Of a DNA stretch of 64,000 bases, positions 9,595-16,190 are shown piece by piece. The stretch spans positions 515,758-579,757 of the forward strand of contig JAUICP010000003.1 of assembly GCA_030427805.1 (NCBI GenBank), written 5' to 3'. The stretch comes from Bdellovibrionia bacterium (lineage in GTDB: Bacteria; Bdellovibrionota; Bdellovibrionia; Bdellovibrionales; JAGQZY01). The translations under genes were made by a program, and so were the position numbers. The notes below the pieces were generated by a model. It ran no database searches. It saw only the letters and a list, made by a program, of their open reading frames with translations, and had not been told where the DNA came from. How positions within the stretch are numbered: position 1 is the stretch's first letter; each line of letters begins with the position of its first letter.

Positions 9595-9715
9595 CTTTAG
9601 AATGGATCCAAAACTCTTTTTGATTCTATTGAGCCTATCGCTCATTATTCTCTTTTTACTTATGCAAATGGAACCTTACCATTTTCAACCCAAGTTCATT
9701 TACGAGAGGTTCTAA
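9584..9715 (+). CDS. DltX-like transmembrane microprotein with C-terminal FIYERF acyl-shuttle-type motif (not in ORF track)
   Basis: My translation is MKNNFRMDPKLFLILLSLSLIILFLLMQMEPYHFQPKFIYERF*. It has a basic N-terminus, one TM helix and a C-terminal hexapeptide F-I-Y-E-R-F. The ATG overlaps the upstream gene by 11 nt. The TAA at 9713..9715 directly abuts the MBOAT TTG start at 9716. Confidence 0.6.
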   Translation: MKNNFRMDPKLFLILLSLSLIILFLLMQMEPYHFQPKFIYERF

Positions 9716-10918
9716 TTGCTGAGCACTCAAACCTTCATTTATCTGGGCTTTTATGGAATTTTCTTTATTTATTTGAGGAATTTCCACCCAAAGCTTAAGA
9801 GCATCTGGTGGGCCCTCATCAACTTGAGCTTTGTTATCTTTTGCTTCTCGAATATCGTGGTCACTCAATTTGAAAACCTGCATCTCGAAATAATAACGGC
9901 CTTAATTACCGACACGAGTTTTCACATTTTCTTTTTTGTGTTGTTTATTTCTTACTTGCTCATTTGGCTCGATGAGAAGTTCAGAAAGGATTTAGGCTTA
10001 GCCTATATAGCTCCAATACTCTTTCTAGTTATTGCTAAAACCTTACCAGAGTTTGCAATCGTTGGTGCCTCATACCTCAGTTTTAGGCTCCTTTACCTGC
10101 GATATGAGATCAGACATAAAGGCACGCCATTCCCCTCGCCTTCACAGTTTATTGAGTTCACATGTTTTCCTCTGACTTTTCCCATGGGCCCTATCTCGCC
10201 ATTGAGAGATCATTTAAATAACCACGAGAAAGATGAGGTAAAAAGCTCTACTTTTAATATATTAACTCGATTCCTATCGGGCTGTCTCAAACTCTTCTAT
10301 TTGAGCTTCATCCCCCTAATGGCCAGGTACCACCTCTATCCCGAGGGGATTCACTCTATATTTGGAATTGAAGACATTCTGCTCTATGGCTTTCTTTATT
10401 ATCTATACGTTTATATTAACTTTAGTGGCGCCGCCGATGCAATTATAGCGATCTCCCAACTCGGTCGCCTGAGAGTCGCTGAAAATTTTAACAATCCTCT
10501 TTCGGCATCAAATATTCAAGATTTCTGGATGAAATGGCATATGAGTTTAACAAACATAATTAGAGAACTCGTCTTTTCACCCCTTTACCTTGTACTAAAA
10601 CGAAAGGCTCCAAAGGCCAAATGGACGGCCTTATTTATTTCGAGCCTTCTACTTTTTTTGGCCGTTGGACTCTGGCATGGCATAAGCATTCCTTTTATAT
10701 TACTAGGCATTTACCATGGAATCGGTGTTTGCTTTTACTTTTTATACAAAGATTGGGCGAGCCGAAAAATTAAATTAGCTCGTAATAAAACTTACTACAA
10801 AATTTTGGCGATCCTAATTACACAGGCCTTTGTATCTTTTAGCTTTATATTTTTTGAAGCGAGCACCAATGATTTAAAGGTTCTATTTTATCGAATCTTT
10901 CTGGGGATAGAGCTTTAG
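9716..10918 (+). CDS. MBOAT family membrane-bound O-acyltransferase (DltB/AlgI-like)
   Basis: Polytopic protein. IQDFWMKWHMSLTNIIRELVFSPLY matches FWRRWHISLS-type motifs, and AVGLWHGISIPF carries the conserved catalytic His. TTG start. Confidence 0.88.
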   Translation: MLSTQTFIYLGFYGIFFIYLRNFHPKLKSIWWALINLSFVIFCFSNIVVTQFENLHLEIITALITDTSFHIFFFVLFISYLLIWLDEKFRKDLGLAYIAPILFLVIAKTLPEFAIVGASYLSFRLLYLRYEIRHKGTPFPSPSQFIEFTCFPLTFPMGPISPLRDHLNNHEKDEVKSSTFNILTRFLSGCLKLFYLSFIPLMARYHLYPEGIHSIFGIEDILLYGFLYYLYVYINFSGAADAIIAISQLGRLRVAENFNNPLSASNIQDFWMKWHMSLTNIIRELVFSPLYLVLKRKAPKAKWTALFISSLLLFLAVGLWHGISIPFILLGIYHGIGVCFYFLYKDWASRKIKLARNKTYYKILAILITQAFVSFSFIFFEASTNDLKVLFYRIFLGIEL

Positions 10919-10938
10919 ATCTTTCTTAAGCATTCAAT

Positions 10939-11787
10939 TTAATTTTCCTTAGATTCACTTTCCAATAGAAATTGAAATACACTCTCCCAGTAGAGTTTTT
11001 GTTCGACTTGAATGTCATTGTGACCTTTATCAAACTCTACGAACTTTTTGGGTCCACGAAGTGCGGCGAATAACTTCTTACCGTGATGAATCGGTATGAG
11101 CTGGTCTCGCTTTCCGTGCATTATAAGGGCTGGCTGGTCATAGGACTTTAAGGTCTCTTCGGACCTGTATTTGTTTTCGATGAGAAATTCAGGCACACGA
11201 AACAATTCATAGGCTCTTTCTACTAAGCTAGAAAACGAAGATTCAATGATCAAGTGAGTGGATTTGCGAAATTGGGAGAGGTGGATTATAACTCCACCTC
11301 CGATCGATCGCCCGTGAAAAACGATGCGATCCTGTTCCCCTTTGACCTTAATCAATTTATCGTAGAAATACTTGAAGTCTTCACTTAGGTTCTCTTGACT
11401 CGGAGTCCCCCGTGACCTTCCATAACCACGGTATTCAACCAATAAGACATTTAAATTGAGATCCTTATAATAGGGAGAAAATGCGATCAGCCAGTCATCG
11501 ATAATTTCATTATTGCCGTGGGCAAAAATGACAGTTCCCCTGGATTCAGCTTCTTTCCTTGCCGGAATAAAAATAGCTTCGACGACCATTTCTCCGTCGA
11601 GGGGCTTTTCCCAGATTTCAAAGTTGATCTCTGCTTGTATTTGGTTGAGCTGAGTCTCACTCAATGCTATTCGCTGCCACACGCCTGGGTATACAAATCG
11701 GCTCTCAAAAAACATCATTCCTCCAAATACTGAAAGAAAGGCAACCAGTATAAGAACCAAAAGGGCAATTACGATCTTCTTTTTCAT
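10939..11787 (-). CDS. alpha/beta hydrolase, membrane anchored
   Basis: N-terminal TM helix, HGNNE oxyanion region, HGRSIGGG (GxSxG) nucleophile, C-terminal GHND His. Confidence 0.8.
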   Translation of the reverse strand: MKKKIVIALLVLILVAFLSVFGGMMFFESRFVYPGVWQRIALSETQLNQIQAEINFEIWEKPLDGEMVVEAIFIPARKEAESRGTVIFAHGNNEIIDDWLIAFSPYYKDLNLNVLLVEYRGYGRSRGTPSQENLSEDFKYFYDKLIKVKGEQDRIVFHGRSIGGGVIIHLSQFRKSTHLIIESSFSSLVERAYELFRVPEFLIENKYRSEETLKSYDQPALIMHGKRDQLIPIHHGKKLFAALRGPKKFVEFDKGHNDIQVEQKLYWESVFQFLLESESKEN

Positions 11788-12653
11788 TGTAATGCTTTTG
11801 CCGGACTTGCGATTTCAATTTCTCGGTAAATTTTGTCGTACTCATTAAAGAAGTTTTCAATAAGGTCCTTTTCAACAATGGATTTTTTCTCAAAAGGAAC
11901 GAGCATCCGAACGTGAAACTCGAGACTTTTAGAATCAAGAATTTCGTAGAATACTTTGGGCTCCATTTGTGGAATTCCCACACCCTCCTTGCGAAAAATT
12001 CGCTCCAACTGATTTTTAGCTTTCTCAAAATAGGGCTGACAGACAACGCGAGCGACTTCTTGTAGGAGTTCCTCAACTCTTCCAATTTGATGGGTCATTG
12101 GTAGCGGGATCTTAAAGACCATTAAATTGTACTCGTCATCTTTAGATTCAAGAATGACCGACTCGGTGAGATAGAGACTATTGGGCAGCTTTAAGACACG
12201 TCCAGTAAACTGATTTGATTTTTGACCAGGGCCGATTTCGAGAAGGGTCGTAATCAAAAAGTTATGGTCTGTTACCTTTCCTCTGAGACCGGCAATTTCA
12301 ATTCGATCGCCAATGACGAATAGCTTCGTACTGTACTTGAGCATTCCCCCCATAATACAGAGTATGAGTTCCTTGGTGGCGATGACAAAGGCCGCAAGGG
12401 CTGCAACGATAGAAAGAGCAAAAGCTCTCAGTTCTGATCCCCAAATAAAGACGAGCCCGAGCAGTAAAGTGAGTGTTAATACATTTTTTAGACCAACAAC
12501 ACGTTTTCTTCTGTCATCGGCATCGCGAAAGGTCCAACGACCCACAATTTTTAAAAGAATTCCCCGAATAATGAGAATACTTAGAATCAAAATGACCGTA
12601 GAAAGCAAATTCTGATAGTCGACCTGTAGATTTTCAAAATTAAATGAACCCAT
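11784..12653 (-). CDS. mechanosensitive ion channel (MscS family)
   Basis: Three N-terminal TM helices followed by FVIGDRIEIAGLRGKVTDHNFLITTLLE, the MscS beta-domain signature. Confidence 0.85.
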   Translation of the reverse strand: MGSFNFENLQVDYQNLLSTVILILSILIIRGILLKIVGRWTFRDADDRRKRVVGLKNVLTLTLLLGLVFIWGSELRAFALSIVAALAAFVIATKELILCIMGGMLKYSTKLFVIGDRIEIAGLRGKVTDHNFLITTLLEIGPGQKSNQFTGRVLKLPNSLYLTESVILESKDDEYNLMVFKIPLPMTHQIGRVEELLQEVARVVCQPYFEKAKNQLERIFRKEGVGIPQMEPKVFYEILDSKSLEFHVRMLVPFEKKSIVEKDLIENFFNEYDKIYREIEIASPAKALQ

Positions 12654-12665
12654 GGCCTATTTTAT

Positions 12666-12700
12666 TAGGTAGAAACTTCCTTTTGGTAGCGCACACGCGT
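12666..12700. repeat. left copy of a 35-bp inverted repeat pair
   Basis: taggtagaaacttccttttggtagcgcacacgcgt matches the reverse complement of 14104..14138 at 32 of 35 positions (hand alignment). Confidence 0.85.
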
Positions 12701-12707
12701 TAGTCAC

Positions 12708-13496
12708 TTACCTGATCGGGTTTTTTCCGCCGTAGAGAGAATACAAGAAGAAATGGTCACCGATTGACATGACATCGGTTTGGCGGATGTAACCCGTTTT
12801 GGGTGTAAATCCCTTTTTGTACATAACGACCTGACCGTTTCTAGAGCCGGACCGGGAGTCATAATGCATAATTGATTCGTAGTCGTAATAACTCAGCATA
12901 TGGCTGGTCGCCGAATTAGAAACTTTGACATAGGAGAATCGAGAAAGGAACTTCAGATTATTCCATAGTATGGCAATATGGTCATCACGATCGGGTCGAT
13001 TGTGATGGTGGGAAACCCCAAAAGCATGCATGAGTTCGTGCTGAATGGTCCGCTTTCTCCAGCACCGAATACTAAGAGTTTGTCTTCCTCCTTCTCGTCC
13101 CAATAGGGATGAACCGCAGGAACGACTATCAACAGATTTAAGAAAGACATAGTCTTTGTGGCTCGAGTTTTTTTCGACACACTGAATGTCAGCGAACTCC
13201 CCCATTTCCACACAAGCATCAACGACCATTTGCTCTTGCTGGGGTGTTAAGTCCTTTGAAAATTGGATAGGGAGAATTCCGTTGGGCCACAACTCCACGC
13301 GCTTTTCTTTAAATCCTTTTACTGTGGAGCCATTGTCGTTGAGAATATTTTCTTCTGGAAGGATCATATCTCCCACTAAAACATAGCCCCTTGGAATTTC
13401 TAGATTTTGATCGGAGGCACCCAATGCTGAGTCTGATTGAAGGGCGACCGAATAACTCGCGCTGAATAATATGAGTAGAAATGCCCACTTGATCAT
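12708..13496 (-). CDS. secreted astacin-family zinc metalloprotease (M12A)
   Basis: Signal peptide. HELMHAFGVSHHHNRPDRD matches the astacin signature HExxHxxGxxHxxxRxDRD, and SIMHY is the Met-turn. Confidence 0.9.
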   Translation of the reverse strand: MIKWAFLLILFSASYSVALQSDSALGASDQNLEIPRGYVLVGDMILPEENILNDNGSTVKGFKEKRVELWPNGILPIQFSKDLTPQQEQMVVDACVEMGEFADIQCVEKNSSHKDYVFLKSVDSRSCGSSLLGREGGRQTLSIRCWRKRTIQHELMHAFGVSHHHNRPDRDDHIAILWNNLKFLSRFSYVKVSNSATSHMLSYYDYESIMHYDSRSGSRNGQVVMYKKGFTPKTGYIRQTDVMSIGDHFFLYSLYGGKNPIR

Positions 13497-13600
13497 GACT
13501 AGCCCCCTCTTGGTTTATTAAAGACTACAAACCTGAAGGAGTGGCGCCACGACTGAACCTTTGCTTCTAGACCTATTCAGGACCGAGGGCGAGTAAGCTT

Positions 13601-13978
13601 TTACTGATTGCGGTAGCTGATTTTACAAGCGGTGAATGTGATGCGGTTGCCGTCTTCGTAGAAGAAACGAAGGCGCTTTTTACCGAGGCGAACACTAAAA
13701 AACTGCTTAATATCGGTGACACCCATGTCATAACCGTCGAGTTGAAATACAACGGAACTTGCACCCATCGAGATGAATCCCGTCGAATGCCCATGGTTTT
13801 CTCCAGAACGGTTTCCTACAGTCCAAGTGCTTACATCGAGTCCACCGTCGGCCGACTGAGTGATTTTGTAAGCTTCCGTGAAGTCATCGTACCTCTTACA
13901 CCAATCCCCAACAAATGAGTTTGAGGCAAAAGTTACTTGGCTGAATGATAAAACTAAAAAGAGCAATGAAACACGCAT
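13601..13978 (-). CDS. small secreted protein, unknown function
   Basis: The internal Met gives a signal peptide MRVSLLFLVLSFSQVTFA. I moved the start from 14014 to 13978. No recognisable motif. Confidence 0.5.
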   Translation of the reverse strand: MRVSLLFLVLSFSQVTFASNSFVGDWCKRYDDFTEAYKITQSADGGLDVSTWTVGNRSGENHGHSTGFISMGASSVVFQLDGYDMGVTDIKQFFSVRLGKKRLRFFYEDGNRITFTACKISYRNQ

Positions 13979-14103
13979 GACTCCGGTCCTTTCTGAAAGA
14001 ACGGAGATTACCACAATGGATTCCGATTGTCTGAGGTCAGGTAAAATAGGAAAGTTTTTTCTTAAACTCCAGTGAAATAAAGTAGGCCTGGCGGCAGATT
14101 TAG

Positions 14104-14138
14104 ACGCGGGAGCGCTACCAAAAGGAAGCTTCTACCTA
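14104..14138. repeat. right copy of the 35-bp inverted repeat pair
   Basis: acgcgggagcgctaccaaaaggaagcttctaccta. It overlaps the histidine kinase stop codon at 14136..14138. Confidence 0.85.
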
Positions 14139-15560
14139 GCCGGAGAGGGCGAAGGTGACTGAGCCTTCGAGATAGCGGGGTAAGCTCAGTTCAAAGACCG
14201 TATTTTCTGGTGATGAATCAAAGACCTTCACGTCGCCACCCAAGACACGGGCGTACTTTCTACAAAAGGAGAGGCCGAGGCCCGTTCCTCCGACCAGCTG
14301 ATCGGTGCGACTCCCCTGCACGAAGGGTTCAAATATTTTATCGAGCTCACCTTGATCGATACCCGGCCCTTTATTTGAGATTCTCACTCGGATATCCTCA
14401 GCCGTTAGTTCACACAAAACTTTTACTTTTGAATCCGGCTCAGCAAATTTAACAGCATTCCCCATAAGGTTTTTTAGAATTTGCTCACAAAGGGCTTTAT
14501 CCTGGACACAAATTTGATTTTCAAGATTTTCAGCCGGCACTTCAAGTTGAATGTTCTTCTCTTTTGCATCACTCAGAAACTCGTGACTCGATGATTGTAT
14601 AACATCGTTAAAAGAAAACTCGGCGGCTTGTGACTTGAAATCACCCTTTTGAATTTTAGTTAAATCAAGAAGACGATTGATGAGACTTGAGAGACGATCG
14701 TTAGCCTCTCTCATCAATCCTACGTTTTTTAAAAGTCGAGTCTTACTCGCCGGAATCGCATCGGGTTTTAACTTATTAATTCTCACCTCCATTAATTGGA
14801 GATGCCCTTTAATACCTTGCACCGGAGTTCGCAGCTCATGGGAAGTATTGGCAAAGAATTGGTTTTTGAGCACACTGGCCTGCTCGACCTCTTCTTTAGC
14901 AAGGAACAATTCATGGGTTCTCTCTTTAACCTTGGCCTCTAGGGTTTCATTAAACTCTTCGAGTTGCTGACTGTACTGTTCACTGAGGTTTTTCTGCATA
15001 AAAACGAGAATTGCAACGCCGACGGGCATTAGAATTCCATCTATAAGACGAATGGAATATTCCCATTCAATGTCGAGTAATGGAAACACCCCAGTATGTA
15101 CGAGATAATCCCCAATGGGATATCCTGCTAAGGTCATGGCTAGAGTTCCCCATCTCAGTTTTTTTTGGTCTTTTCTAAAACAAATTATGCTAAGTACAAC
15201 TCCAATAAAAAAGACTAAGTGAACATTAATAGTTCGGGCTGCTATAGCGTAGCCACGAATTCCAATAACGACAGTTGTTAGAATCGTAAAGAAGCGCGCA
15301 AATGTGTGTTTCTTTTTATAGTTCGCGAGTAGAACAATGGGACTCATCAAATAGACATCTGCCAAGACGAGGCCGATGGTCAGCCAGGAGTAGCCGAGTT
15401 CAATAAAATTGAAGATGTGAGATGTGCCCGCAAGTATTGCAAATAGGGCCAGGGAATTTGTGATCAATGTCAGTTGATTCTGATGGTGCAGGCGTTCGCC
15501 CTCGAAACCAATTCGAAAGGGAGTCGCAATGAATTTTAAGACTTTCCTGATATTGAACAT
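14136..15560 (-). CDS. membrane sensor histidine kinase
   Basis: About 6 N-terminal TM helices, a coiled-coil linker, H-box SHELRTPV, N-box LMGNAVKF, G-boxes NKGPGI and GGTGLGLS. Confidence 0.9.
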   Translation of the reverse strand: MFNIRKVLKFIATPFRIGFEGERLHHQNQLTLITNSLALFAILAGTSHIFNFIELGYSWLTIGLVLADVYLMSPIVLLANYKKKHTFARFFTILTTVVIGIRGYAIAARTINVHLVFFIGVVLSIICFRKDQKKLRWGTLAMTLAGYPIGDYLVHTGVFPLLDIEWEYSIRLIDGILMPVGVAILVFMQKNLSEQYSQQLEEFNETLEAKVKERTHELFLAKEEVEQASVLKNQFFANTSHELRTPVQGIKGHLQLMEVRINKLKPDAIPASKTRLLKNVGLMREANDRLSSLINRLLDLTKIQKGDFKSQAAEFSFNDVIQSSSHEFLSDAKEKNIQLEVPAENLENQICVQDKALCEQILKNLMGNAVKFAEPDSKVKVLCELTAEDIRVRISNKGPGIDQGELDKIFEPFVQGSRTDQLVGGTGLGLSFCRKYARVLGGDVKVFDSSPENTVFELSLPRYLEGSVTFALSG

Positions 15561-15782
15561 TCTTTCCTTCTAGTGCAAACGAACAACCTCTCTATATCGG
15601 CAATTACCCCCCATATATTGACATCTCCTAGACCCGATCTCGTTTCAAAATTAGACTTTAAAAGATTTCTCCCGCAAGCCATCCATCATCAGGTGAACCA
15701 AACTAGATTTCTTCCGCAAATTATTCAGATTTAAAAATCCAAGAGTCGAGAGCCGAATATTTTCAAAGAGAATATGTCATTC

Positions 15783-15895
15783 CGACGGTCTCGCTGGAGC
15801 CTCGCCCCTCGCCATCCATGGCTGCGAGGCTCTCCAGCTCGTGAACCCGCGGCTAGCGAAGTCCTCTTCGCGCTTACCCTCAAGCCCCTTCGTCG
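15783..15895. other. GC-rich structured element (candidate ncRNA or cis-regulatory RNA), strand unresolved
   Basis: Hand count gives 79 of 120 G+C over 15781..15900, with AT-rich flanks. A closing helix pairs CGACG (15783-87) with CGTCG (15891-95). A 13-bp bulged stem pairs 15793-15805 with 15824-15838. A 6-bp hairpin is GCGAAG-tcct-CTTCGC at 15856-15871. Confidence 0.35.
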
Positions 15896-15902
15896 ACTCA
15901 AA

Positions 15903-16027
15903 TTTTTCGAATCGATTTTCCCCTACAATGAGGCGACAAGGATTGAGCGACTGAGGCGTATAAGTGATACGTCGAAATGAGCGAAAGACGCAGTTAACGA
16001 AATTGTAGGGGAAAAGCGATCGAAAAA
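15903..16027. repeat. 125-nt long-stem hairpin / MITE-like element abutting the tRNA-His 3' end
   Basis: The arms are tttttcgaatcgattttcccctacaat (15903-15929) and attgtaggggaaaagcgatcgaaaaa (16002-16027). They are reverse complements apart from 1 indel and 1 mismatch. The spacer is 72 nt. Confidence 0.8.
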
Positions 16028-16104
16028 TGGGGCGACCGACGGGGCTTGAACCCGCGACAACCGGAATCACAATCCGGGGCTCTACCAACTGAGCTACGGC
16101 CGCC
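16028..16104 (-). tRNA. tRNA-His (GTG anticodon), CCA encoded
   Basis: The reverse complement is GGCGGCCGTAGCTCAGTTGGTAGAGCCCCGGATTGTGATTCCGGTTGTCGCGGGTTCAAGCCCCGTCGGTCGCCCCA. It shows a cloverleaf, anticodon loop TTGTGAT, T-loop TTCAAGC, and the extra 5' G(-1) opposite C73 that is diagnostic of tRNA-His. Confidence 0.95.
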
Positions 16105-16121
16105 ACAAACAAGAAAGCACT

Positions 16122-16150
16122 GTTATAAAGGCTTTAGGCGCAATTGACAA
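16122..16150 (-). promoter_or_regulatory. sigma-70-type promoter for tRNA-His
   Basis: The minus strand reads TTGTCA-N17-TATAAC. The -10 element ends 17 nt before the tRNA 5' end. Confidence 0.5.
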
Positions 16151-16190
16151 GCATCGACTTAATTCTTTTTTTGCTAGTATTTTCAGCATT

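Noticed and set aside
9713-9718. The in-frame TAA between the 43-aa ORF and the MBOAT ORF could mean a nonsense-interrupted MBOAT pseudogene or programmed readthrough.
   Set aside because: The MBOAT-typical N-terminal region (LSTQTFIYLGFYGIFFIYL...KSIWWALINLSFVIF) begins only after the stop. The upstream peptide ends precisely in an FxYxxF-type hexapeptide, which is functionally meaningful only at a free C-terminus. Two separate, coupled genes is therefore the simpler reading. It remains testable by comparative alignment.
15878-15900. Plus-strand tcaagccccttcgtcgac resembles the 3' T-arm/acceptor part of tRNA-His (tcaagccccgtcggtcgc). It could be an att-like partial tRNA duplicate marking an island border.
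   Set aside because: Only a 9-nt exact core plus gapped similarity is present, and it is in inverted orientation relative to the tRNA. It cannot form a T-arm. This is within chance expectation for a 64-kb window. No integrase gene is nearby.
15774-16112. Track ORFs 15774..15980 (+) and 15777..16112 (-).
   Set aside because: The minus ORF runs straight through the tRNA-His gene. Both traverse the GC-rich hairpin element and the long inverted repeat. The translations are Arg/Pro/Ser-rich, typical of translated structured RNA or repeat DNA.
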